Assembly: GCA_963666275.2 (NCBI GenBank)
Contig: CAXXOA010000001.1
Span: forward strand, 1,856,001 to 1,920,000
Source of the DNA: Oceanispirochaeta sp.
GTDB lineage: Bacteria > Spirochaetota > Spirochaetia > DSM-2461
Direction of reading: 5' to 3'
DNA: 64,000 bases
The stretch's first letter is position 1, and every line of letters starts with the position of its first letter. Made by a program: the position numbers and the translations under genes. Shown in pieces: positions 1-9,776 of the stretch. The notes under the pieces are model-generated. The model saw only the letters and a program-made list of their open reading frames with translations, ran no database searches and was not told the DNA's origin.

Positions 1-495
1 GATATCATCGGGGATTCCCTTGGTGATAGGAAGAATCGTCATAATGAGGGGAAATTCGGAAAGCTTGTTTTTTTCTGATACAAGGAATGTCGCCCGGTCG
101 GGAGAAAGGGTATGGGTATCAGAGAGAGGTATGATAAAGCTTACAGGTTTGCCGAAATCCATAAAGCGCATATATGTCTGGGTACCTTTATAGCTTGTCT
201 GATCAGGAGACGGGACGCTATCAAGATTTTTATAGAAGTAGAGAGCGAAACTGTTACGGTAAAGGGTCAGAGAGTCATCTGCTGTAACAGTAATTTTCAA
301 TCCCTGAAGGAGAGGCGTCAGAGGTTCCTGCAGGATCAGACCTACGAGGGATTCTACAGAACCTTCGAGAATTTCAGTTTTTCCATGGGAGAATTCCAGG
401 ATCCCCGAAACAGGACCTCTGATATTTTCCGCACTGACCGAAAAGAGAATCATAAGAGAAAAAAGTATGTGAGACAGTAACTTTTTCAGATTCAT
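1..495 (-). CDS. Secreted hypothetical protein, spirochaete-type (partial; runs off the left edge)
   Basis: Not in the ORF track. Manual translation from ATG at 495 (ATGA overlap with the stop of the M23 gene) gives MNLKKLLSHILFSLMILFSVSAENIRGP..., with a signal peptide, and stays open to position 1. Confidence 0.75.
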   Translation of the reverse strand, partial: MNLKKLLSHILFSLMILFSVSAENIRGPVSGILEFSHGKTEILEGSVESLVGLILQEPLTPLLQGLKITVTADDSLTLYRNSFALYFYKNLDSVPSPDQTSYKGTQTYMRFMDFGKPVSFIIPLSDTHTLSPDRATFLVSEKNKLSEFPLIMTILPITKGIPDDI

Positions 496-1391
496 AGTCC
501 GCCTGTGTTTAATAAATTCTCTGGATTCTGAGGCAATCCGTTTTTTCTTATTTCAAAGTGCAGATGGGGGCCGGTGGATAATCCGGTGTTTCCGGATCTT
601 CCTATAACATCACCTTCATCCACGATTTGTCCTTTTGTTACATCTATGCTGTTCAAATGACCATAGAGACTGGTATATCCGTTTCTATGCTGAATTATAA
701 TGTATTTCCCGTAATCTTCCAATTCTCCATAGGCAAAAATTTCCCCATTTGAACAACTTCTTACAGGGGTTCCCACAGAGGCTCTGTAGTCTGTCCCTTT
801 ATGCAGTTCCCATTGTCCTGTAAAAGGATGGTCTCTGTAACCGTAGGGAGATGTCACATAAAGAGTTTCGAGCGGCGGCAGGAAGAGGGGCTGAATAAAA
901 CGGATCCTCTGAGAATCGGGCAGGTAGGTGCCGGGAAAATATCTGAACTCTTTTCTGGTTTCATCTATGGTCAGGACAATAGACTGGAATTCCTGCTCTT
1001 TCAGAGATTCTGCCAGGAGTCTGTTCCATCGGGATGTGCTATTCTGATCGAGAAATACTCCGGGATTGGAAGGTATAATGAGCAGTGAACCCGGTTCAAA
1101 CTCGTAAATACTCTGAAATCCGTTTATTGTTGCCAGTGTATCAATGGGCAGGTTGAATACTGCGGCCAGCTGAAAAAGTGAGTCATCAGGCTTTGAACGA
1201 TACTGATAGATGGAGAGCGGGGGCGCAGGCCTTGCTCTTGCCTGGTTGAAATACCAGGATTCGGTTTCTTTCTGCTGTTGTTTGAAAAGCGGGTCGGAAA
1301 TGACAGAAGTATGCCGGATCTCGGGATAATTCTGCGCCTGTACGCCGGCATACAGGAATAAAATCATAAAAAAACAGAAATAGTATTTCAT
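492..1391 (-). CDS. LysM + M23 family metallopeptidase
   Basis: Signal peptide, LysM-like segment (DSLFQLAAVFNLPIDTLATING), M23 motifs HKGTD and HLHFE. Confidence 0.9.
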   Translation of the reverse strand: MKYYFCFFMILFLYAGVQAQNYPEIRHTSVISDPLFKQQQKETESWYFNQARARPAPPLSIYQYRSKPDDSLFQLAAVFNLPIDTLATINGFQSIYEFEPGSLLIIPSNPGVFLDQNSTSRWNRLLAESLKEQEFQSIVLTIDETRKEFRYFPGTYLPDSQRIRFIQPLFLPPLETLYVTSPYGYRDHPFTGQWELHKGTDYRASVGTPVRSCSNGEIFAYGELEDYGKYIIIQHRNGYTSLYGHLNSIDVTKGQIVDEGDVIGRSGNTGLSTGPHLHFEIRKNGLPQNPENLLNTGGL

Positions 1392-2215
1392 GATAGAAAA
1401 GCAAGGTACTCATCGGAAACCGGTTTTCTGCCGCCCCCCAGGCCCAGTTTTCTGTCTTTCCTGTTCTCTCCGTGATAATCAGAACCTCCGGTAACAAACA
1501 ATCCCAGGGAATCGGCCAGCTTTTCAAGACGGTTCCCCTGATTTGCGTTGGCTCCTGAATGCCAGGCTTCAATCCCTTCAATTCCCATGGCCTTCCACTC
1601 TTCCAGTCTCGCAGGGAGTTTTCCCCAGGAAAGGTAGAGAGACAGGGGGTGGGCAATAACAGGATGACCCCCCGCATCTTTTATAAGCCTTAAGGCATCT
1701 TCCAGAAGAATAACCTTTTTAGGGATATAGTATTTCTGATCCACCCCCAGAAACTTGTCAAAGGCATGTTTCATACTCTTGGCAATATTCTTCTCAACCA
1801 GAAGTCTGGCAAAATGCGGCCGCGCAATAATGCGTCCTTTAGCGGTTTCTTTCAGTTCCTCTTCAGTAATATCAAATCCGTCTTTCTGCATAAGAGAAAG
1901 GATTTCACTGTTTCTGTTATTTCTGTGATGCCTGAGGAATTGAAGACTGCTTTCAAGCGAGGAGCCCCGCCAGTGTTCAAGGCCCAGGCCGAGAAGGTGG
2001 AACTCTCCGGGATGATGTTCAATTTCAAGCTCAATTCCCGGTACAAACTGTATACCCAATCTGATGGCGGCGTTTTCCGCTTCTTCCAGTCCATCCAGAG
2101 TATCATGATCTGTCAGTGCCAGAGCAGTTAAACCGATAGAAGAGGCTTTCTGGATTAATTCTGTGGGGGTCAATGTCCCGTCCGAACTGGTGGAATGGGT
2201 ATGAAGATCTATCAT
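1388..2215 (-). CDS. PHP-domain phosphoesterase (YciV/TrpH-like)
   Basis: DLHTHS..SDG, TDHDT, AHP and GGSDYHG motifs. Confidence 0.9.
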   Translation of the reverse strand: MIDLHTHSTSSDGTLTPTELIQKASSIGLTALALTDHDTLDGLEEAENAAIRLGIQFVPGIELEIEHHPGEFHLLGLGLEHWRGSSLESSLQFLRHHRNNRNSEILSLMQKDGFDITEEELKETAKGRIIARPHFARLLVEKNIAKSMKHAFDKFLGVDQKYYIPKKVILLEDALRLIKDAGGHPVIAHPLSLYLSWGKLPARLEEWKAMGIEGIEAWHSGANANQGNRLEKLADSLGLFVTGGSDYHGENRKDRKLGLGGGRKPVSDEYLAFLS

Positions 2216-2221
2216 AGAGGA

Positions 2222-2250
2222 AGCATAGACATTTAAAATTGATTTTTCAA
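2222..2250 (-). promoter_or_regulatory. sigma70-like promoter, probably leaderless, for the PHP gene
   Basis: TTGAAA-17-TATGCT, 6 nt before ATG; no Shine-Dalgarno. Confidence 0.55.
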
Positions 2251-2376
2251 GACAGAGTGTTTTGTAAAAAATATTAACTTATTCTTATAAGTGAAAGGGA
2301 ATATCTTTTAAATATGATTGACACGCAAGAGTACAAGGAATTAATATTCTAATAAGCCTTTACATCAGGAGACGGG

Positions 2377-3342
2377 ATGCCCCCAAAAGCTATAAATTAT
2401 AAAGCTAACTCAATTGTCTACTTCAGCGGGGATAAAGGGGAATTTGTCTATATCCTCCAGAAAGGCCAGGTTTCTCTGAACTCCCAGGACATCCAGACAG
2501 GTCAGGATCTCCATGATTTTGTTCAGACAGGTGAGTTTTTCGGCGTCAAAGCGGCATTCGGCCGTTACCCCCACGATGAAACGGCTGTCGTGCTTGTGGA
2601 TTCAACTATCATCCAGTTTTCCGTTGATGATTTTGAACAGCTCCTGTCGACCAATGACAGAGTCATTCTGAAAATGCTTAAAGTTTTTTCCAATCAGCTC
2701 AGGCGGATTCACAATCAGGTACAGAGCCTACTCTCTTCGGATGAAACCATCAATCAGGAAAAAGGTCTGTTTTCTGTAGGGGAGTACTATTTCAACAATA
2801 AAAAGTACAGACAGGCTGTAGATGCCTTCCGGCGCTATCTTATTTACTATCCCAGCGGAAGGTTTGAAGAAGAAGTCAGAAAGAAACTGGAATACGCGGA
2901 AACCCAGAAAAATTCCGCCATGGAAGAGTCAGAAAGCATTCAGACGACTCCTAAACCGGCAGCAGAAAAAAAATATACCATTGAAGAAGCCAGGCAGCTG
3001 CGGGACAGAAAAGATTACGCCGGTGCTTTTAATACCTATATCAAATCCATACAGGCCAATCCGGAAATCCGTCTTGAAGCGGAGTTCGAAGCGGGAATCT
3101 GTCTGTATGAACTGAATAAAACCAAAGATGTGATAACCCATTTCACAGGTATTCTGAAAAGGAATCCTGTTCACAAAAAGATGGGTGAGTGCCTCTATTA
3201 TATAGGGAAGTCTCATCTGGCCCAGAAAAATATGGATAAGGCCAGAGGTTTTCTTACTAAATCCGTTTCACTTATGAAAGAGGGATCTCCCGAATCAAGA
3301 GATGCCCTGCTCCTACTCAGTCAGATAGAGGAGAAATCCTGA
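2377..3342 (+). CDS. cNMP-binding domain + TPR protein
   Basis: N-terminal cyclic-nucleotide-binding fold (GEFFG), C-terminal TPR/BamD-like repeats; SD AGGAG. Confidence 0.85.
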   Translation: MPPKAINYKANSIVYFSGDKGEFVYILQKGQVSLNSQDIQTGQDLHDFVQTGEFFGVKAAFGRYPHDETAVVLVDSTIIQFSVDDFEQLLSTNDRVILKMLKVFSNQLRRIHNQVQSLLSSDETINQEKGLFSVGEYYFNNKKYRQAVDAFRRYLIYYPSGRFEEEVRKKLEYAETQKNSAMEESESIQTTPKPAAEKKYTIEEARQLRDRKDYAGAFNTYIKSIQANPEIRLEAEFEAGICLYELNKTKDVITHFTGILKRNPVHKKMGECLYYIGKSHLAQKNMDKARGFLTKSVSLMKEGSPESRDALLLLSQIEEKS

Positions 3343-3344
3343 TT

Positions 3345-4007
3345 ATGGCCCTAGATTTATCTGTTTTCAACCGGTTTGCTGTTACCTTCAAAGCTGGTGA
3401 TATTATTTTCTGCGAATTCGAACCGGGAGATTCATTTTACCTGATTCAGTCGGGTAAAGTGAAAATCGTCAAGATTTTCGGTGATATTGAAAAAACCATT
3501 GATATCATGGAGCCCGGGGAATTTTTCGGAGAAATGGCCCTTCTTGAAGAAGCGCCCAGGAGTGCGTCGATCATTGCCATGGAAGAGACGAAACTTCTTG
3601 AATTCAACCGTCAGAATTTTGAAATCCTTATGAAAGGAAATCCTCAGATAGCTCTTAAGCTGCTGAAACTTTTTTCTAAGAGAATCTACGATCAGAAAAG
3701 GCGTTTTCAGATTCTCACTCTGGAAGATGAACATGCTAAAGTTGCCGACGTCTTCCTGATGCTGGCAGAAGGAATTACCCCCACAGAAGAGGAGGAGGAT
3801 TCCGGTAACAGGACTTTTTCCACAACAATTGACGACATAGCTCACTGGTGCGGAATGTCCCCGGCAAAATGCCGGTCCATACTGGAACATTTTTCCTCTC
3901 AGAGAAGAGTCGAGATTTTCAGTGATAAAATCATTGTGAAGAATATTAATGATTTCAAACGCTTTGTTTCAACAAGAAGAAAAAATCAGGATAAAAAAGA
4001 TAACTGA
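3345..4007 (+). CDS. Crp/Fnr family regulator
   Basis: Canonical phosphate-binding cassette FFGEMALLEEAPRSAS, C-terminal HTH-like region. Confidence 0.9.
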   Translation: MALDLSVFNRFAVTFKAGDIIFCEFEPGDSFYLIQSGKVKIVKIFGDIEKTIDIMEPGEFFGEMALLEEAPRSASIIAMEETKLLEFNRQNFEILMKGNPQIALKLLKLFSKRIYDQKRRFQILTLEDEHAKVADVFLMLAEGITPTEEEEDSGNRTFSTTIDDIAHWCGMSPAKCRSILEHFSSQRRVEIFSDKIIVKNINDFKRFVSTRRKNQDKKDN

Positions 4008-4012
4008 TTTCC

Positions 4013-4381
4013 TTAGTGGAAATTCTTCAGAAATGCCAGTTCCTTTTCAATTTCCCCTTCGTTGGGAGTATTCAGTTCCAGTAAACGCCTGAGATGGATC
4101 ATACTGTCCAGATCTATCTCTTTGAAATAGAATCCCAGTTTTTCACCTTCTTTGTGAACCAGTACTGAAAGTGTTTTAATCTCAATGTCTGTGGAGACCA
4201 GTTTGATCCTGAGATCATAGGTTTCTTCCATCTCGAGTGAACTTTCAGGCATTTCCACCAGTATCCCTTTCAAAGAGATATTAAGCAGATTAAACGGTAG
4301 TTTTTCTGATTCACTTTTAAGAATATATCCATTGGTTTTAAAGTCAGCTCTGTAAAATTTTCTATGATCTTTTGAACTCAT
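4013..4381 (-). CDS. PilZ-domain c-di-GMP-binding protein
   Basis: RxxxR (RKFYR) and NISLKG motifs; C-terminal LRRLLELN. Confidence 0.85.
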   Translation of the reverse strand: MSSKDHRKFYRADFKTNGYILKSESEKLPFNLLNISLKGILVEMPESSLEMEETYDLRIKLVSTDIEIKTLSVLVHKEGEKLGFYFKEIDLDSMIHLRRLLELNTPNEGEIEKELAFLKNFH

Positions 4382-4479
4382 ATAAGTTAATCCTCTTTCC
4401 TACAATTATTGTTTTATTTTTCCTCAGTGTCAATTTTGAAATGAAAAATAAAGCAGTAAGTCATTTTTTATGAAACCAC

Positions 4480-4507
4480 TTGAATATATTCTGTTTGAAT
4501 GTATAAT
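4480..4507 (+). promoter_or_regulatory. sigma70-like promoter of tRNA-Thr
   Basis: TTGAAT-16-TATAAT, 16 nt upstream of the tRNA. Confidence 0.55.
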
Positions 4508-4523
4508 TGTCACCGTATTTAAT

Positions 4524-4595
4524 GCCAAAATAGCTCAGGGGTAGAGCAACGCTCTCGTAAAGCGTAGGTCGTGGGTTCAATTCCCACTTTTGGCT
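4524..4595 (+). tRNA. tRNA-Thr(CGT), CCA not encoded
   Basis: Acceptor stem GCCAAAA/TTTTGGC, D-arm AGCTCAGGGGTAGAGC, anticodon arm ACGCT-CTCGTAA-AGCGT, T-loop GGTTCAATTCC. Confidence 0.97.
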
Positions 4596-4617
4596 GGATT
4601 GAAAATATATTACCAAT

Positions 4618-4648
4618 AAAAAAAGGCTGCCTGAGAGCAGCCTTTTTT
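4618..4648. terminator. Bidirectional intrinsic terminator (tRNA / dapL)
   Basis: A-run-AGGCTGC-6nt-GCAGCCT-T-run between convergent genes. Confidence 0.85.
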
Positions 4649-4664
4649 ATTATTTGTACAATTT

Positions 4665-5888
4665 TTATTTCAAAGCGTCTGAAATTCTTCCCATAGCTTT
4701 CTGGACATTCTCCAGGCTATTGAAAGCACTGATACGGATAAAACCTTCTCCGCAATTTCCAAATCCTGTACCGGGTGTTACCACAACGCCGGCCTCATTC
4801 AGAATTTTGTCAAAAGTTGCCCAGCTGTCGGTTCCTGTATTAACCCAGATATAGGGTGAGTTCTCTCCACCAGTACACTGGTATCCCGCTTCGGTCATAG
4901 CCTTGAGTATGATGGAAGCATTGTTCAGGTAGTAATCAATCAGCTCTTTTACTTCTTTCTTTCCTTCGGGAGAGTAGATTGCTGCAGCTGCTTTCTGAAC
5001 AGGGTAGGAGACTCCATTAAACTTGGTGGAATGCCGTCTGTTCCACAGGTCTTTCAGGGCGTACTCTTTGCCATTGGAGTCCCAGACCTTACAGGCTGAG
5101 GGAATCACCGTGTAGGCACATCTTGTCCCTGTGAAACCGGCTGTTTTTGAGTAGCTTCTGAACTCAACGGCAACCTCTTCGGCTCCGGGAATCTCAAAGA
5201 TACTGTGGGGGATGGAATCATCTCTGATAAAGGCCACATAAGCAGCATCAAACAGGATCAGGGCTTTATTCTTTTTTGCATAATCCACCCAGGCTTGAAG
5301 CTGTTCTTTTGTCGCTGTGGCTCCGGTGGGATTGTTGGGAAAGCAGAGATAGATAAGATCGGCTTCGACGCCTTCCGGGGAGGGAACGAAACCATTGTCT
5401 TCATTTCCTTCCATATAAACAAGACCTTCGTACCTGCCGTCAATGGACTTACCGGTTCTCCCGGCCATCACATTGGTATCCACATAGACTGGATACACAG
5501 GATCGGGTATGGCAACCCGGATATCATTGGAAAAAAGTTCCTGAAAGTTACCGGTATCGCATTTGGCACCGTCACTGACAAAAATATCATCCGCAGAGAT
5601 TTCTACACCCCGGCTTTTGTAGTCGTGTTCGGCAATCAGTTCTCTTAAAAAGGCATATCCTTTTTCAGGTCCGTAACCTTTGAAGGAACCCTCAGACGCC
5701 AGTTCATCAACACCTTCATGGAAGGCTTTCAGACAGGCTTCGGGAAGGGGTTTGGTCACATCACCAATACCCATTTTAATCAGTTCTTTTCCAGGATTTT
5801 TCGTCTGGAAATCCGCTACTCTTTTGGCTATCTCAACAAACAGATAGGACGCTTGCAGTTTTGAATAATTCTCATTAATTTGGATCAT
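4665..5888 (-). CDS. dapL: LL-diaminopimelate aminotransferase
   Basis: [46 protein letters not shown] motifs. Confidence 0.95.
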   Translation of the reverse strand: MIQINENYSKLQASYLFVEIAKRVADFQTKNPGKELIKMGIGDVTKPLPEACLKAFHEGVDELASEGSFKGYGPEKGYAFLRELIAEHDYKSRGVEISADDIFVSDGAKCDTGNFQELFSNDIRVAIPDPVYPVYVDTNVMAGRTGKSIDGRYEGLVYMEGNEDNGFVPSPEGVEADLIYLCFPNNPTGATATKEQLQAWVDYAKKNKALILFDAAYVAFIRDDSIPHSIFEIPGAEEVAVEFRSYSKTAGFTGTRCAYTVIPSACKVWDSNGKEYALKDLWNRRHSTKFNGVSYPVQKAAAAIYSPEGKKEVKELIDYYLNNASIILKAMTEAGYQCTGGENSPYIWVNTGTDSWATFDKILNEAGVVVTPGTGFGNCGEGFIRISAFNSLENVQKAMGRISDALK

Positions 5889-5929
5889 AATGACATATTA
5901 TAGCGAGAATCATTATCAGTATCTATGAT

Positions 5930-6916
5930 TTAGTCGGCAGAAGGATAATATTCCGCCAAAAAATCTGAAAGCTTTTCAAGGGATTTAGCCCTTTTCCTGT
6001 CCTCTCTGCGGAGCTTCATATTCATAAGATAAGAAGCAGGTTTGATCTTTTCCCGGATAATCTGGTTGGGAAAAGCATCCAGAGCCTCAGCAGCATTGCC
6101 TTCGTTAATAAAATCTTCAATACTGTGGAGTGGCGTAAAACCTTTCTCTATGCCGGCCAGCAGCAAGCCGTCGAATCTTTCTCTCACCGGAACTCCCTGT
6201 TCCCTGTCTCTCTCATTAAAAAACAGGCCGCCGAAGGGAGAGTGAGAGAGATCAATACCGGCATATCTGTACTGAGGCCATTTATGAATCAGCAGATAGT
6301 AAAGCTGCCCCTGAAAAGGAAAATAGCTTTTCTTTTCAGGAGTCTCTACAGGGTTATGAATAAAAATGGTGTAGGCATCATTCCGTGATGAATCAGCTGG
6401 GAGATCTTGATAGGGAATATAGCTGAGAAAGGGAGTATTGTCCCCGGTTTCAGCTCCCCGGATAAGCCAGGACGTATCTGCAGGAAGAGATGTAATGAAA
6501 TCTCTCAGATATTCCAGAAACTCTTTATACTCCATATAGCCTGTCATCGAAGGATCTGACGCAAACAGAAGGTCTTGAGCCTCAAGATCGGAAGAGTCCC
6601 CGGAAAAATAGCCGTCTATCATAGAGGAGGGCACATTATCCAGAAACCACAGTCCCAGAGAGAGTTCTCCCATATCCATCAGAACGGGAACAAAATAGGC
6701 AAGGAGTTCCAGATCCGATTCGCCCCCCCGGGCCCCGACAAGTAAAACAGATCGGTTCTGTTCCCTGATCTGCCTGATCAGGGACGCCGGGGAAGCGGCT
6801 GATTCCTCTAGGTAGTCTGTCAGGGCGTTCTCTACTTCAGCGGAAGGAGGTATGATCTCCTGCCTGCCACAGGACGCCACAAGAGCAATAGTAAGAATGA
6901 TGAAGAGCTTTTTCAT
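5930..6916 (-). CDS. Hypothetical lipoprotein
   Basis: Lipobox LVASC after a hydrophobic stretch; operonic spacing. Confidence 0.75.
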   Translation of the reverse strand: MKKLFIILTIALVASCGRQEIIPPSAEVENALTDYLEESAASPASLIRQIREQNRSVLLVGARGGESDLELLAYFVPVLMDMGELSLGLWFLDNVPSSMIDGYFSGDSSDLEAQDLLFASDPSMTGYMEYKEFLEYLRDFITSLPADTSWLIRGAETGDNTPFLSYIPYQDLPADSSRNDAYTIFIHNPVETPEKKSYFPFQGQLYYLLIHKWPQYRYAGIDLSHSPFGGLFFNERDREQGVPVRERFDGLLLAGIEKGFTPLHSIEDFINEGNAAEALDAFPNQIIREKIKPASYLMNMKLRREDRKRAKSLEKLSDFLAEYYPSAD

Positions 6917-6920
6917 AGGA

Positions 6921-7319
6921 TTAACTTATTCTGATTCCTTTCTCTTTGAGGATTTTAACAATTTTTTTTATATCGCCGGGATTCACATTCAGACGGACCG
7001 GTTTATAGTCCTGTGAATGGATCCTGATAGAGTGACCAGAGATCCTTTCTACCAGAGAGATCTTTTCAATCTGATGAACCTCCGGGGTCTGGTAGTAATG
7101 CAGATTCAGAATCATCTTATCTTCACGAAGAATAATATAGGGCGATCTGTTGCTGAAAATAATAAGGACCATGATAATAACAGTCCCCAGAGCGTAGAGG
7201 ATAAGATCCAAACGGGAGTATCGCAGAAAAAGAGGTCTGAATCCGATCACAAAAGGGATCAGAAACAGAAAATTCAGGAGCCTCGTCAATGTATGCTTCC
7301 GTATGGTCACAGCTTCCAT
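6921..7319 (-). CDS. Small membrane protein (2 TM + PH-like C-terminus)
   Basis: Two hydrophobic segments; start overlaps the stop of the upstream aminopeptidase. Confidence 0.7.
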   Translation of the reverse strand: MEAVTIRKHTLTRLLNFLFLIPFVIGFRPLFLRYSRLDLILYALGTVIIMVLIIFSNRSPYIILREDKMILNLHYYQTPEVHQIEKISLVERISGHSIRIHSQDYKPVRLNVNPGDIKKIVKILKEKGIRIS

Positions 7320-8437
7320 CAGGCCAGTTCTTCCGGGTTCAGCAATTTCAGATCAGGGTGAACAAAATATCCGTCTTCCCTGATCAGCCTGTCATCAAAA
7401 AAGATTTTCCCGCCCCCGTAGGCCGGGGTCTGTATAGCCACAAGATCCCAGTGTATGGAAGAATGATTCCCGTTGGATGCTTCATCGTAGCAGCGGCCCG
7501 GGGTAAAGTGAAAACTCCCCTTAATTTTTTCATCAAACAGAGTATTCTTCATGGGATTCTCAATAAAAGGATTCACTCCGATAGCGAATTCTCCGATGTA
7601 GCGGGCTCCTTCATCCGTATCGAGAACCTGGTTAATCCTTTCGCTGTCATTGGCCACAGCATGGACAATTTTTCCATCTTTGAATTCAAACCGGATATTT
7701 TCATAGGTAACACCCTGATAGACTGCCGGACAGTTGTAACTGAGAGTTCCCTGAACGCTCTCTCTGAGAGGAGCCGTATACACTTCTCCGTCAGGAATAT
7801 TGATCCGTCCATCGCATTTTATGGCTTTCATCCCTTTGATGGAAAACTCCAGGTCTGTACCGGGTCCTGTAATTCTGACTTTATCGGTTGATTCCATCAG
7901 CCTGATAAGATTATCCATGGCGGCGGACATCTTTCCATAGTCTAGATTGCATACCCTGAAAAAGAAATCTTCAAATCCGCTGAGACTCATTCCCGCAGAC
8001 TGGGCCATCGAATCCGTAGGGTAGCGGAGAACGACCCATCGGGTATTTTTCACCCGTTCCTCACCGTGGAGGGGGGTCATAAAGTATTCCATATAAAGAT
8101 TCATTTTATCGGATGGAACATCCGCTGTGGCTGTCGCATTGTCTGTGGCTCCTATACCGATATAGGCATCCATCTGTTTCATCCTGACCAACTCGGATTC
8201 GGCCATGATCTGGAGCTGTTTTTTTTCAATATGCAGAAGCTGTTCCCGCAGAATCCTTTCGTTCTGATAGGATATATGAGGGTAGGCGCCGCACTGATAG
8301 GCCTTTTGTATCAGTGCCAGGACCAGAGGTTCACAGGCTATTCCATTGGCATGAATAAGAACATTTTCCCCTTTCTGAAGAGCCAGGGCATAATGGATAA
8401 TATTCTCTGCCAGTTCGAGCAGTCTCGGATCAGTCAT
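7319..8437 (-). CDS. M29 family aminopeptidase (AmpS/PepS-like)
   Basis: NIPDGEVYTAP, GEFAIG, LFDEKI, HFTPG, SSIHWD motifs. Confidence 0.93.
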   Translation of the reverse strand: MTDPRLLELAENIIHYALALQKGENVLIHANGIACEPLVLALIQKAYQCGAYPHISYQNERILREQLLHIEKKQLQIMAESELVRMKQMDAYIGIGATDNATATADVPSDKMNLYMEYFMTPLHGEERVKNTRWVVLRYPTDSMAQSAGMSLSGFEDFFFRVCNLDYGKMSAAMDNLIRLMESTDKVRITGPGTDLEFSIKGMKAIKCDGRINIPDGEVYTAPLRESVQGTLSYNCPAVYQGVTYENIRFEFKDGKIVHAVANDSERINQVLDTDEGARYIGEFAIGVNPFIENPMKNTLFDEKIKGSFHFTPGRCYDEASNGNHSSIHWDLVAIQTPAYGGGKIFFDDRLIREDGYFVHPDLKLLNPEELA

Positions 8438-9767
8438 GATTTTCTCCTGTTTTTTCCAATAGATTCACAATCTCCCCCGAAAGAAAGAATGAGCCGCAGA
8501 CCAGTACCGGAGTCCCGGGGAAATCCCTGCGAATACAGTTGAACGCTCCCGAGGGATCTTCTATCAGTGTAACATCATGGCAGTGGCGGCGAAATATTTC
8601 CGCTGTATTCCGGGGATCCATCTTTTTAAAAAAACCGGGAGTAGTAATAAAAATCCGGGAGAATGACGCGGACATCCTGGCCATGGTATCCGCATCTTTG
8701 TCCTCACCGCAGCCGAAAAGGAGGATCTCTTCCTGATCTTTACTGATAAGCTGCCTGAAACTTGTAATGGCAATCTCAAAAGAGTTGGGTGTATGGGCGC
8801 CGTCTGTAATGATAACGGGATTTTCATTCAGCACCTGCATCCTTCCAGGCAGTGAGGCCGTGGAGAACCCTCTTATCCAGGAGACAGGACTTTCCTCCGG
8901 AAACAGCTGTTCCAGAACTGTTAAGGCTGTCACGGCGTTTCTGAGCTGAATGTCTCCTATCAGACTGAGCTGTACAGAGTAGGAATTACCTGATTTTAAT
9001 GATACCAGCTTTCCCCTTGTTCCAGTCAGACTGATCAGGCTTTCACCCACTTCATAATGATCGGCTCCGCGGATAAGGATTGCATTCTTTTTCCGGGCTA
9101 TATCGCTGAGAACGCTCTGGACCACAGGAGTCTGTCGGGATATGACCAGAGGAACGCCATCTTTTATGATACCGCCTTTTTCAAAAGCCACTTTTTCAAG
9201 TGTTTCTCCCAGCCATTTCGTATGCTCAAGCTCTATAGGCGTAATGACGGAACATTCGGGAATAACTGTATTCGTCGCATCCAGTCGGCCTCCCAGCCCT
9301 GTTTCAATTACCGCCCAGTCGCATTTCTGTTCTGAAAATATGAGAAATCCCAGGAGAGTGAGAAGTTCAAATGTGGTGGGACTGTCTCCTCCGGGGAGTG
9401 AGTAATCATCCTGTTTCTGCCCCAGGGTGCTGTATATCCTGTTGATCTGATCCAGGTAGACTGTGTCATCCAGGATTTCCGAATTGACGCGGATCCTTTC
9501 CTGATAGATCTGAATATGGGGTGATGTATAAAGACCGGTACGGAAACCAGCCTCTTTCAGGGCTCCCGAAAGGAGCACCGCAGTGGAACCTTTACCTTTG
9601 GAACCGGCTATATGGATTGATTTGAATTTTTTCTGGGGTGAATCAAAGAGCTCAAGCAGAGCAAACATCCGTTCAAGCCGGTAGAATCTCTTCTGTTTAT
9701 CCGGTTCCTTTTCAAGATTGGTAAATGATTCAATCCAGTTGAATCCTTCTGTCAATGATTGAAACAC
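8430..9767 (-). CDS. folC: Folylpolyglutamate/dihydrofolate synthase
   Basis: HIAGSKGKGST, YTSPHI, ETGLGGRLDATN, DGAHT motifs. Confidence 0.95.
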   Translation of the reverse strand: MFQSLTEGFNWIESFTNLEKEPDKQKRFYRLERMFALLELFDSPQKKFKSIHIAGSKGKGSTAVLLSGALKEAGFRTGLYTSPHIQIYQERIRVNSEILDDTVYLDQINRIYSTLGQKQDDYSLPGGDSPTTFELLTLLGFLIFSEQKCDWAVIETGLGGRLDATNTVIPECSVITPIELEHTKWLGETLEKVAFEKGGIIKDGVPLVISRQTPVVQSVLSDIARKKNAILIRGADHYEVGESLISLTGTRGKLVSLKSGNSYSVQLSLIGDIQLRNAVTALTVLEQLFPEESPVSWIRGFSTASLPGRMQVLNENPVIITDGAHTPNSFEIAITSFRQLISKDQEEILLFGCGEDKDADTMARMSASFSRIFITTPGFFKKMDPRNTAEIFRRHCHDVTLIEDPSGAFNCIRRDFPGTPVLVCGSFFLSGEIVNLLEKTGENHD

Positions 9768-9776
9768 AAAACTTCC

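Noticed and set aside
112..480. 122-aa plus-strand ORF
   Set aside because: Antisense shadow of the better-supported minus-strand secreted protein starting at 495.
4524..4650. tRNA-Thr as an integration site for an island
   Set aside because: Followed directly by a terminator and dapL; no integrase or duplicated tRNA 3' end was seen in the window.
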